A stretch of DNA of 64,000 bases from the NCBI GenBank assembly GCA_035389045.1, contig DAOORA010000004.1:42246-106245 (forward strand), given 5' to 3'. The notes under the pieces were generated by a model. It made no database searches and was not told the DNA's origin. It saw only the letters and a list, made by a program, of their open reading frames with translations. A program made the position numbers and the translations under genes. Positions 18,524 to 27,586 of the stretch are shown here, in pieces (position 1 is the stretch's first letter; each line of letters starts with the position of its first letter). The stretch is from Bacteroidales bacterium (GTDB lineage: Bacteria > Bacteroidota > Bacteroidia > Bacteroidales > CAIWKO01).

Positions 18524-18947
18524 AATCCTTGGTGTATGCCTCAATCTGCTCTTTTACCAGCCGGATATAACGCATTTTCTTGTATTCAAACCATTGTTCC
18601 CGATAGGCTCCGGAATTATCAATCTGCCACTTAAAATTCCGGAATGGTTTTGGCCTGTTCAAGGCATTTATCAAGTTGTTTTGTATTTTTTCGTCCTCAA
18701 CATGCTCTGCAAAATCAGCCATAATTTGAAACGTCTCATGTGTTTCAAATCCTTTAAATTCAGAATAATCATCCCAATTGTCATCGATCTCGTGTGCTTC
18801 CTCTTCCCAGGGTTCTTCGTCAGCGCCGATCCAGCGGTCAAAATTGATTATTTTCTTGATCTCACCTGTTTTAAGGTTATAAAAACACCTCATCCCACAG
18901 TCCAGATCATCTGCAATTTCTTCTATTTGTTTTTCTGTAAGTTTCAT
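18516..18947 (-). CDS. Small acidic cytoplasmic protein, possibly UPF0158-like
   Basis: 143 aa. The N-terminus MKLTEKQIEEIADDLDCGMRCFYNLKTGEI resembles UPF0158 proteins. This is weak and from memory only. Confidence 0.4.
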   Translation of the reverse strand: MKLTEKQIEEIADDLDCGMRCFYNLKTGEIKKIINFDRWIGADEEPWEEEAHEIDDNWDDYSEFKGFETHETFQIMADFAEHVEDEKIQNNLINALNRPKPFRNFKWQIDNSGAYREQWFEYKKMRYIRLVKEQIEAYTKDYE

Positions 18948-19152
18948 GCTTGCAACTTTTTAAATTTTAAAAAAACTCAATTATACCTCCAATACAGCAT
19001 CTTCGGTCACTCCTATCAGGTTTCTGCTTTGTAAAAGCGGCGTTTAACAAACCACACGGTCAACCCACAGCCAAAGTTAATCACAATTCATATCATACCA
19101 TAAATTTTTCTCGTCCTTAATATCACGCATTGCCGCCGGAGGCCATATAATT

Positions 19153-19596
19153 TTATTTTTTTCTGACCATAATCACCGTTTCAATATCAGCAGGGTTTTT
19201 ACCGGCATCTTTTAAATCCGAAAATCCATTTCTTTCGTAAATAATTCTGGCACTCCTCCCTTCCTCAACCTTAACTGAAAATGTCCTGACATAAATATCG
19301 CCATTGCTTTCAAGTTCTGCTATAGCTTTTTTCACCAGTTTGTCACCATAGTTATTGCCACGATGTTTTTTCCCGACAGCTAACCACAATATTTCATTGT
19401 TATGCCTGTCCAGAGCAATTATTCCTGCCAGATTCCCCTGGTCATTTTTGATACCGTATGCATTATTATTTTGTATGCAATTTTTAATTCCCTCATGAAA
19501 CTCAATGGAATCTGCCATTGGTCCGAACAGAGGTTCCACTTCCCGTGCCAATGCAATCCATGTTTCAAAATCCTGAGGTTTGAGCAAATAAATCAT
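19153..19596 (-). CDS. GNAT family N-acetyltransferase
   Basis: 147 aa. Motif LWLAVGKKHRGNNYGDKLVKKAIAEL (acetyl-CoA binding loop) and the C-terminal YERNGF block. Confidence 0.75.
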   Translation of the reverse strand: MIYLLKPQDFETWIALAREVEPLFGPMADSIEFHEGIKNCIQNNNAYGIKNDQGNLAGIIALDRHNNEILWLAVGKKHRGNNYGDKLVKKAIAELESNGDIYVRTFSVKVEEGRSARIIYERNGFSDLKDAGKNPADIETVIMVRKK

Positions 19597-20103
19597 ATTA
19601 TTATTTTTATCAATTAAAACGACATAGAAAATGGTGCAGTGCCTCCGCCGGATATTTCATGGCAGGCCTTTTCTTTGGACAGAATTATCTCCTTCCCGCA
19701 GTATGAGGAATTTCCCAAATACATTTAAATCATATCATTTAATAAAAGGTGCTCCATTTTTTTAATTTGGAATCTTACCGGCCTGTAACACATTATATCC
19801 ACCCCTGAGGCTGTCATTCAGAAAACAAATAGTTGTTTTCCTGAACCTGTTCACCAAAGCCTGACATCGCATATGACCATTTTCACCACAAATATAAATG
19901 GTATCAATAAATAAAACAAGTAAAGAAAGGTTTTTGTTTTAGTAATTATCAACGGTTTTCGCATTAGCATGAATATGACGCCAACTTGATCCCGGGTACA
20001 AGCCAAAGAAAAAAATAAAAACAAATGTACACGTTGCAAACGCACGCGAATACAGGGGAAATACGGAAAGAATCTTCTACCAATTATTAAATCCTCAGCA
20101 TAC

Positions 20104-20125
20104 AAAAACCCGCATCAAGCGGGTT
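20104..20125 (-). terminator. Rho-independent terminator downstream of the 20171..20614 gene
   Basis: Minus strand reads AACCCGC-TTGAT-GCGGGTT followed by TTTTTG, 46 nt after the stop. Confidence 0.65.
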
Positions 20126-20170
20126 GGGGAGAGATTCAAACAAGCGATTTTTCAAGTCGCTGTGCTATCT

Positions 20171-20614
20171 TTATCCTACAAACGGTACAAAGTCAAACCG
20201 GTAATAATAGGTCTTCCCCTTATAGAGGCAAGGGTCTTTAACCAGCATTTCTCCCAGTTTTTCTTCGACATAAACCTGAAAATCAACTGAACTGGAGTTG
20301 AGTTCCATGATGACTATTTTTCCGCATTCATCAATCCTGAAGGCCAGCACGACAAAACCCGAAAGCTGGTTTTCTTCGGCAAATTCAGGATAAGTAACCT
20401 TAGTTCTTAACGCATAATCCAAATCCGTCACTACTTTGCGGGGACCGGATGAAGCACAACAAATTGAATCAGGGCAGGTCACCATGTTTTTACTCATGGG
20501 TATTAACAGAGGTTTTTTTTCAGTGTGCATGGTTTGGGCAAAAACTGCCGAAACCGCCCACATCAACATCGCAAATGCGAAAATTGATTTCAGAATTACA
20601 TTTTTTGTTTTCAT
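20171..20614 (-). CDS. Small secreted protein with a weak TonB-C-terminal-like segment
   Basis: 147 aa with signal peptide ...AVSAVFAQ. The segment VTYPEFAEENQLSGFVVLAFRIDECGKIV resembles the TonB_C YPxxAxxxxxxGxVxVxFxIdxxG pattern. Confidence 0.35.
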   Translation of the reverse strand: MKTKNVILKSIFAFAMLMWAVSAVFAQTMHTEKKPLLIPMSKNMVTCPDSICCASSGPRKVVTDLDYALRTKVTYPEFAEENQLSGFVVLAFRIDECGKIVIMELNSSSVDFQVYVEEKLGEMLVKDPCLYKGKTYYYRFDFVPFVG

Positions 20615-20843
20615 GGCATTTAAGTTTTAATGGTTGGTTTTTAATTTTATTTGATTTTACGATTTAGCAAAACAAAACGTATTCCCAAAAAGACAGGCAT
20701 AAAATGACAGCAACATAATCTAGTTAAAATACTGATTATCTGTGATATGAAATATCACCACAGGTGACATTGGACACAATGCTATAAGGGTAGTGTATTA
20801 AAAAATAATACAGTGTGATATTAATAAGTGATACAAACAGTTA

Positions 20844-22274
20844 TTAAATTCCAAGAATTCGTTTGTATTTGTAATAGGTCATCCTGTTGATATCGAGGAG
20901 TTTTATAGCATCCTCATTATTGTAATTAGCCTTTTCCAGAGCCCGCAGGATGGCATTTTTATAACACAGGTTTTCCGCCGACCTGAGGGAATAATCATCG
21001 TTATCAGGAAAAGTAGGCGCATCGGATTCTTCAAAAAACAAATTTTCGGGTAATATCGTGCCGGTTTCTGTATTTCTTACCGCACTTTTGATGGTTTTGA
21101 TCAATTGACGCACATTAAGAGGCCAGTCGTAGCACATCAGTTTTTCAACGGCTTTAATTGAAATAGCCATGTTCTTGTTGTATTCCATATTGGCTTCATT
21201 CACGATACGGGTTGCCAGATGCGGAATATCTTCTTTCCGCTCCCTTAACGGCGGGATAGATATGATTTCATCGATGCGGCCTTTAAAAGCAGTCAGGAAT
21301 CCGGCCGACTGAACCAGGTCGTTAATTTTTTCGCTCCCTGCCATGATCAACCGGGTATTAACAGGGATCTCAATATTAGAACCTTTTCTGATGACCACTT
21401 TTTGTTCCATCACAATCAGGAGTTTTGCCTGTATTTCGGGTTTTAAGGTTTGTACCTCATCCAAAAACAACGTGCCCCCGTTCAGATATTCAAAGTATCC
21501 TATTTTATCTTCTTTTGCATCGGTAAAAGAACCTTTTTTATGCCCGAAAAGTTCACTTTCTGCCGTTGACTCGGAAATACAGCTGCACGGAACTCTTAAA
21601 AAGGGTTTCCCCGACCTGTTGCTGTATTTATGGATATAATTTGCTATCAGGTCTTTACCGACCCCGGTTTCGCCCTGCAGCAAAACTGTAACGTCATACA
21701 GGGAGGTATTTTCTACTTTTTTTATCAGCTCCTTAATTGACTTGCTGTATCCCATTTTATACAAAATCTCATCCCGGAGCTTTTTATGATAATTTTCAAG
21801 GTAGTTCCTGGTTTCTTCAAGGTCTTGCTTTATACTTTTTAATTCGTGATTTTTTCCTTTAATAAGCAGATAATTATCTATTTGTGTTGATATAGACGTA
21901 AAAAGCCTGTCTTTGTAACCGCTTGTGGTCTTTAATATATAGTCGTTAATAGTTTTGTCTTCTATTAAATTCCGTTCCGAGAATTCATCACCGGCTTGTC
22001 CGCCGGTAAGCACAATGATCCTCAGATCGGAATTTTTTTTGTTTTTCCGGACATAATCGATAATTTTTACACCGGAGTCATTGTGCTCAAGAGACAGATC
22101 AATGATCGCAATAACAAGGTCGGAATGTTCATCAAGCAATTGTTTTGCGGCATTTTCGCTGGTCCCGCTCACAAGAGTTACCGTGTCGCCACGGTGATTA
22201 AAATGAGACAATAATTCCCCTGTAGCATTTATAAAGTCTGTTTTATCTTCGATCATTAATATTTTATGTACCAT
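20844..22274 (-). CDS. Sigma-54-dependent response regulator (receiver + AAA+ enhancer-binding domain + HTH)
   Basis: Receiver with an acceptor Asp in AIIDLSL. AAA+ Walker A GETGVGKD and Walker B LFLDEV. The sigma-54 contact loop reads ESELFGHKKGSFTDA. C-terminal Fis-type HTH. Confidence 0.88.
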   Translation of the reverse strand: MVHKILMIEDKTDFINATGELLSHFNHRGDTVTLVSGTSENAAKQLLDEHSDLVIAIIDLSLEHNDSGVKIIDYVRKNKKNSDLRIIVLTGGQAGDEFSERNLIEDKTINDYILKTTSGYKDRLFTSISTQIDNYLLIKGKNHELKSIKQDLEETRNYLENYHKKLRDEILYKMGYSKSIKELIKKVENTSLYDVTVLLQGETGVGKDLIANYIHKYSNRSGKPFLRVPCSCISESTAESELFGHKKGSFTDAKEDKIGYFEYLNGGTLFLDEVQTLKPEIQAKLLIVMEQKVVIRKGSNIEIPVNTRLIMAGSEKINDLVQSAGFLTAFKGRIDEIISIPPLRERKEDIPHLATRIVNEANMEYNKNMAISIKAVEKLMCYDWPLNVRQLIKTIKSAVRNTETGTILPENLFFEESDAPTFPDNDDYSLRSAENLCYKNAILRALEKANYNNEDAIKLLDINRMTYYKYKRILGI

Positions 22275-22285
22275 AATAATATCAA

Positions 22286-24592
22286 TTAATCCACAGGCAA
22301 CGCAATTTTAAACATAACCCCTTCGTTGATTTTGCTTTTGCAGATAATAGTTCCGTTCATATTTTCGATGATCCTTTTCACGATGCTAAGCCCCAGTCCG
22401 GAAGATTCGCTGGGCCGGGTGGTAAAAAACATGTCAAAGATATGCGGCAGGTTTTCCCTGGAGATCCCGTTACCATTATCGCTGTAATCAATAGTGACCG
22501 ATGAATTATCAACATGGATTTTGATCCTTATTTCTCCCGTACTTCTATTGGTAAAACCGTGCTTCAGGCTGTTCAAAATAAGATTCATCATGATTTGCGT
22601 GATAGCACCGGGATAACCCATTAATTCGGGACTTCCTGAAAAGTTGGTTGCGATCACAATATTCTTATTGTCAATCCTGGGTTTTAAGCTTAATAGCAGA
22701 TCATTGATCTTATCCACCATATTAAAAAAACGTTTTTCCCCTTTCAGATCATCCCTTGCAATGTTATGATAACTATTCAATAATTCTCCCATGGATTCTA
22801 AGTTTTTCATGATCCTTAGCAATGGTATCTCGAGTTTTGAAAGAAATTCATTGGTTGCCGGATCATTATTTTTCTTCAGGAACTCTTTTATCTCAAGTTT
22901 TATCAATTCAATATCAGTAACACAATTGGCGATCGGTGTGCTGATCTCGTGCGATATGCCGCGGACCACATAGCCGAGTTGTTCCAGCTTTTTACTCTCA
23001 AACAACTGAGACTGAACCTGTTTGAGTTCTGTAATATCGGTATCGATAGCCACCAGCCGGATGCCTTTTTTTGTAACTGCCGGGGTTAGAGTGGTTTTCA
23101 GAATTTTAGCTTTTCCGTCGGCGGTAACAATTTCAGATTCATATTCCACCGAGGAGTTTCTCAAAATACATTCTTTTACTTTTCCGGCAATTGCCGCATC
23201 AGAGGATACATCAATCAGATTTCTGCTTCCCCGGAACTTAATGAATTCATCAAGAGTATACCCATACATTTTTTCAAAGCCTTTATTGGCCCATTCAAAA
23301 TTTCCCTTCGAATCCATGATCGTTACAGCGCATTTGGTTTCTTTTGCTGCTATAGAAAATTTTTCAATTTGTTTTTTCTGCCTGCCGATCCTGATCAACA
23401 GCAAAAGAATGACACCAAGAATAATTGCCAGAATGATTACAAAAATTGTGTACCTGATCCGTCTGCTTTTCTCCCGCATCAGGTCTTTATCATAGTAATG
23501 TTTTTGAATAACACTGACCTTCTTGTTATTTTGATCCACTATTTCTTTGTACAAAGTAACATATTCGTTTAAATAAATATTTTTTAATGAATCCGTTTCT
23601 GACGTTTTGTACTGCCGGTCGGCAGCTTCCAGCATCAACTCCTTGGCATTGACATCGGAGGCATAGTCCCAGGCGCTGTCAGCGTAATCTCTTGCAACAT
23701 CTTTTTTTTGGTCAGCCAGATAAAAATCTGCAAGCCTGATAAAAATACCGGCCACCTGAAAAACGCTGCCGGATTGTTTAAACAGCCTGCCGCTGTTGTA
23801 ATATAAATTGTAAATAGTATCCCGGAAACTCAAAAAATCCGAACGGTCTCCCATTAATAAATCTGCTAAACCCTCAAAAGCATTCGCTTTGGAATAAATA
23901 TCATCCTTACTGAATCTCAGGGCTTCCAAAAAGTACACTTTTGCACTGTCACGGTACATTTTACAACTATCGGCAAACCGTGAATCTGATGCTTTCGACC
24001 GGAAAAGCTCTCCCACGGCATACAGAGCTGCTGAAGAGTCGGTGTAATTACGGGCAAACTTAATGGATTCTTTATACTCTTTTATTCCGGAACCATAATC
24101 CTTTTCATAATAATATAAATAAGTTCCTTTGGCATAGTGCCGGTGATAGTTGAAAGACGGTTCATCACTGTCTATCGAATCAATTTTGTAAAAAAGTTCG
24201 AGAGCATCGGCATATTTCGCATCACCCTGATAGATATATACCAGGCATGTCAACGCAGCCGGAAAAAATTTTGAATCCTTATTTACTTTTTTTAAATATA
24301 ATTCAGCAATGCTGTCACACTGAAAAGAACAGGCAATGCCCCTGCTTAGATTCAGACGATCTCTGAATTTTTTTTCCAGTTCAGGATCATTTTCCAGCAA
24401 TTCTTCAATGCTGTCAAAATATACATTTGACTTTCCCTGATCATATTGTGCATATTTACCTGCCAGGTCAAAATATTTCTGGATTTTTTTCTCCTGGTCA
24501 GGCAATTCATGTTTACATGAAATCAGAGATAAAAATATAAAGAACAAAACAGTCAGTCCAAACCAAACCAAAAATTTACCCGAAAACATCAC
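22286..24592 (-). CDS. Sensor histidine kinase with an N-terminal TPR-like extracytoplasmic domain, TM, PAS, HisKA and HATPase domains
   Basis: 768 aa. Lipoprotein-like signal (...LSLISC). TM segment at RYTIFVIILAIILGVILLLLI. PAS motif FEWANKGFEKMYGYTLDEF. H-box GISHEISTPIAN. ATPase boxes NLILNSLKHGF, DNGNGI and GLGLSIVKRI. Confidence 0.85.
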   Translation of the reverse strand: MMFSGKFLVWFGLTVLFFIFLSLISCKHELPDQEKKIQKYFDLAGKYAQYDQGKSNVYFDSIEELLENDPELEKKFRDRLNLSRGIACSFQCDSIAELYLKKVNKDSKFFPAALTCLVYIYQGDAKYADALELFYKIDSIDSDEPSFNYHRHYAKGTYLYYYEKDYGSGIKEYKESIKFARNYTDSSAALYAVGELFRSKASDSRFADSCKMYRDSAKVYFLEALRFSKDDIYSKANAFEGLADLLMGDRSDFLSFRDTIYNLYYNSGRLFKQSGSVFQVAGIFIRLADFYLADQKKDVARDYADSAWDYASDVNAKELMLEAADRQYKTSETDSLKNIYLNEYVTLYKEIVDQNNKKVSVIQKHYYDKDLMREKSRRIRYTIFVIILAIILGVILLLLIRIGRQKKQIEKFSIAAKETKCAVTIMDSKGNFEWANKGFEKMYGYTLDEFIKFRGSRNLIDVSSDAAIAGKVKECILRNSSVEYESEIVTADGKAKILKTTLTPAVTKKGIRLVAIDTDITELKQVQSQLFESKKLEQLGYVVRGISHEISTPIANCVTDIELIKLEIKEFLKKNNDPATNEFLSKLEIPLLRIMKNLESMGELLNSYHNIARDDLKGEKRFFNMVDKINDLLLSLKPRIDNKNIVIATNFSGSPELMGYPGAITQIMMNLILNSLKHGFTNRSTGEIRIKIHVDNSSVTIDYSDNGNGISRENLPHIFDMFFTTRPSESSGLGLSIVKRIIENMNGTIICKSKINEGVMFKIALPVD

Positions 24593-24776
24593 ATATTATG
24601 TCGTTAATTATATTTAACATTTTATTACCAGACATATTAATTCAAAAAATCTGAACCCTAAATTTTTCGCATTTGTCATATCAAAATTAAGCCAAATTTC
24701 TCAAAATAGCAACAAAACTGTTAATAAAAATACATATGCGGATCAGAAATAACAAAAATATACTCTTAACCCCAAT

Positions 24777-25126
24777 AAATATTTTGAATTAGGCACTTAA
24801 ACAATAAGATTTTTATAGGCTTGTAGTGAAATGCTGAATAGCTTTGTTTTCAGGGCTTTTACAATATTTTTTCATTCCGTAGGAATGTAATGTTGGTAAA
24901 AAAATAATTCATTTAAAGTTCCGCTCCTAAGGAGCGGGATGTTAGTGCTATGTGTTAATTTTACCAACGTTAAGCTCCTCCGGAGCTAACGAACACGTTT
25001 GGGAATTTTTGCTGAAACTCTAATATCGTAAAGCCCTTAAACTTTTGCCCCACATATTTTAGTATACTTTCCACAATATGACTCCTTTTTCGGTTATTAT
25101 CTAAGCGCCTAATTCAATAAATATTT
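24777..25126. repeat. ~350-bp nested imperfect palindrome (MITE-like or structured element)
   Basis: Outer arms 24777..24799 and 25102..25126 match at about 23 of 25. Second arm pair AGGGCTTTTAC (24852..) / CGTAAAGCCCT (..25037). Third pair TGTTGGTAAAA (24891..) / TTTTACCAACG (..24969). Central hairpin CCGCTCC-TAA-GGAGCGG at 24921..24937. Flanking mini-hairpins at 24873..24887 and 24973..24987. Confidence 0.75.
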
Positions 25127-25292
25127 AATGAAGTGATACTTATTAATTGCGAAAAAGTGTTACATTATCATTGGCAAATTGCAAATTCACCCATTGCAAA
25201 AGAAGGTTCCGACCGTTATTAAGTTTTATTGGTGTCAGCATGCATCAGAAGCGCAAAGGATGTTTAATATTTTACACCGCAAACTTATTTAT

Positions 25293-25414
25293 GGGCACCT
25301 CTAAAACTTCAAATTTCTTCGTTCGTCTTCGTTCTTCAAATCCTCATGCACGCACAGTACACTGCGGTTTTCAGAACTTCGACTGCCTCGAACTTTTTGT
25401 TTTTAGAGGCGCCC
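25293..25414. repeat. 122-bp inverted-repeat element
   Basis: GGGCACCTCTAAAA (25293..25306) pairs with TTTTAGAGGCGCCC (25401..25414) at 13 of 14. The interior is partly self-complementary and rich in CTTCGTTC / CGAAC motifs. Confidence 0.7.
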
Positions 25415-25577
25415 GATCGGGGTTGTTAGAGATGCCCTTATGTATACTATTTTATCATTTACAGAATTATAATACATTTAGCATAACCAACAGGTTATAT
25501 AAAACACATCTTAATATATTATTTTATGCCCGGGATGGAAGCAGGGGCGGTTCTGTTTATCCAATCACCCAAAAAGT

Positions 25578-26951
25578 TTATTGCTGAACTACCAGACGTA
25601 ATATTTTTTTCTGTCCCTTAAATTCAGCCTGAAGGAAATACACACCGGCAGTCAGGTTTGTAAGGTCTAAGCTTACTTTCTTTGCATGTTCGGAATTTTT
25701 CTGCAAAAGTTGCTTGCCCAAAGGATCGAATAAAGTAAGATTTATAGTCTGGGCCTCCTTCAGGTAAACATTAAACAATCCCGACCCCGGGTTGGGCGAG
25801 ATACGAATATCGGCGTTGTACTCCCCTTCTTCAATTCCCAGGCAGGCCAGAATGTTTACTTCGACAGTATCATAAGCTACACAGTTTGTGGCATAGGTAT
25901 ATGTGTAGTAAACTTCGTGAACCCCCAATCCTGCAACGGAAGGATTAAAAATATTTCCCGTTACGCCATCCCCGCTGAAGACACCTCCCGAAGGTGTTCC
26001 GCTCAACGTAAGCGGTGCATGGTAGACACACATTTCTGTGGTATCCAGTCCGTTGATTTCAACGACAGGATCCGTAGCCGGAGCCACCGTTGGTTCAGGG
26101 GTAATATGATGCCTCGTATAATAATGCAGATCCGGAATGCCGTAATGCATTCCACCAAGACTATTGGTGGGAAAAGTATTTTCATCGCACGTATTGCAAT
26201 ACCGCATATCGTAATAAGTCAGGTGTTGTCCGATCTGTGAGGATGAACCGAAGTAGTACCCGTCGGTTGCGCCCTGATGTAAAGCCAAAATATATTGCAC
26301 GCCGCCCTGCAACCAGAAAGGTTGGGCAAAAGCACCATAACTATACGTAGCCGCAGGACCGCTCACCGTTTGTTGTTTTACTTTGGCCTGAGTGCTAAAA
26401 TCGAAAAGAGTAACAAAACGATTACTGCCCATAGGCTCATATTTTCCAAAACCAGTTATGAGTATATCTTCATTGGGTGCAAATCGAAATCCTCTCTGGC
26501 TGTTTATCACCCCGCCACTACCTGTGATCATAACACTGTCGGTTGCGCTGTTCGGCCCATTGAAGGCAGCAAGTGTTGACGCAGCCGTTGCGGCAGGATT
26601 ACCATAATACATAAAAATATACTTGCTGGCAGCAGAATCAATAGTATCCGTCTTGACCCAGATACTGGTATGATTGGTATTCATTGCCGAATCGATCCAG
26701 TAATCATATAAATGCAAGCCCTGGCAATCCTTGCCGAAACGGATATCCGCACCTAAAGCGTCCATTTGCCCGGCAGTAACCAGGGCTGCGGTATTGATTT
26801 CCAAACGCACCTGGTAGCCATACAGATGAGTGCCTGAGTTTTCCGTAACCAGATAAGGCTGAATATGAGACCAGCCGGCAGGTTGAGCCTGCAGCGATCC
26901 TGAAATCATCAGAAACGGCAGAACTAATAAATAAAGTATTTGTTTTTTCAT
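25578..26951 (-). CDS. Secreted DUF2341/DUF4082-like protein with a T9SS type A C-terminal sorting domain
   Basis: Signal peptide ...GSLQAQ. DUF2341-like block GADIRFGKD...YDYWIDS...IWVKTD...IFMYYGN. Then RGFRFAPNEDILITGFG. C-terminus ISPNPGSGLFNVYL...GVYFLQAEF... Confidence 0.65.
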   Translation of the reverse strand: MKKQILYLLVLPFLMISGSLQAQPAGWSHIQPYLVTENSGTHLYGYQVRLEINTAALVTAGQMDALGADIRFGKDCQGLHLYDYWIDSAMNTNHTSIWVKTDTIDSAASKYIFMYYGNPAATAASTLAAFNGPNSATDSVMITGSGGVINSQRGFRFAPNEDILITGFGKYEPMGSNRFVTLFDFSTQAKVKQQTVSGPAATYSYGAFAQPFWLQGGVQYILALHQGATDGYYFGSSSQIGQHLTYYDMRYCNTCDENTFPTNSLGGMHYGIPDLHYYTRHHITPEPTVAPATDPVVEINGLDTTEMCVYHAPLTLSGTPSGGVFSGDGVTGNIFNPSVAGLGVHEVYYTYTYATNCVAYDTVEVNILACLGIEEGEYNADIRISPNPGSGLFNVYLKEAQTINLTLFDPLGKQLLQKNSEHAKKVSLDLTNLTAGVYFLQAEFKGQKKILRLVVQQ

Positions 26952-26967
26952 AATTTTGAATTTTTAT

Positions 26968-26975
26968 CAAAGATA
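26968..26975 (-). promoter_or_regulatory. -7 promoter box (TATCTTTG on the minus strand)
   Basis: Plus strand reads CAAAGATA, 17 nt upstream of the start at 26951. Confidence 0.4.
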
Positions 26976-27119
26976 TATCAAAACAAAAGTGAATACAAAT
27001 TTTTTAGATAAAATATATAAAAAATAAAACTGTATAATCAATTACTACCTATAATTCAATATGTTGTACATATCCATACTTCAAAAATTTTTTAAACATT
27101 ATAATTTCTAAACAAAAAC

Positions 27120-27527
27120 ATGATTAAAAAAGTAGTATTGTCGAAATGCGGTTTCCGCTGTGACCTTTGCCCCGCCTATAAAGAAAACATCAGCAGTGAA
27201 AAAGACACACTTCTGCTAAGCGAACAATGGCATCGGCTTTTTGGTTTTAATATTCCACCTGAGCATATTACATGTGCCGGATGCAACATTGAAGCTCCGC
27301 ATGCCGATCCGAATTGTCCGGTCAGGCCGTGTGTGATCGACAGACATATTCAGAATTGTGCCTATTGCAGCGATTTCGGATGTGACAACCTGAAAACCAG
27401 AATGGATTTTCTGGAAGATTATCTGACAAAAGAAGGAAAAACACTTTCGGACGCAGATTATAACAAATACCTGCTGGCTTACGAATCAAAAAAACGGCTC
27501 TTAACGATCAGGCAGGGATTAAAATGA
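27120..27527 (+). CDS. Cysteine-rich DUF3795-like protein
   Basis: 135 aa. Cysteine motifs CGFRCDLCPAY, CAGC, CPVRPC and CAYCSDFGC, the Cys spacing typical of DUF3795. Confidence 0.55.
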   Translation: MIKKVVLSKCGFRCDLCPAYKENISSEKDTLLLSEQWHRLFGFNIPPEHITCAGCNIEAPHADPNCPVRPCVIDRHIQNCAYCSDFGCDNLKTRMDFLEDYLTKEGKTLSDADYNKYLLAYESKKRLLTIRQGLK

Positions 27528-27586
27528 CTTTCAGCGAAGGAAAAACATCAGCATCATATCAATAAGACCCTGTCATTGTGCTATGA

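Noticed and set aside
18228-19034. 268-aa plus-strand ORF.
   Set aside because: It lies antisense to two well-formed minus-strand genes (18041..18523 and 18516..18947), is low-complexity, and has no recognisable motifs. It is a shadow ORF.
19851-20105. 84-aa minus-strand ORF in the 19597..20170 gap.
   Set aside because: It has no recognisable family and begins at the terminator of the upstream gene. The region is better explained as decayed sequence; see the rhodanese-remnant finding.
20615-20843. Search for a sigma-54 (-24 GG / -12 GC) promoter near the enhancer-binding-protein operon; also checked 24593..25577 and 26952..27119.
   Set aside because: The candidate strings (TGGACACAATGCT at ~20772 and TGGCAAATTGCA at ~25171) have the wrong GG-GC spacing. 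No convincing site could be read by eye.
25147-25587. 146-aa plus-strand ORF in the repeat-rich gap.
   Set aside because: It has a non-ATG start, spans the 25293..25414 inverted-repeat element, overlaps the 3' end of the convergent T9SS gene, and has odd composition with no motifs.
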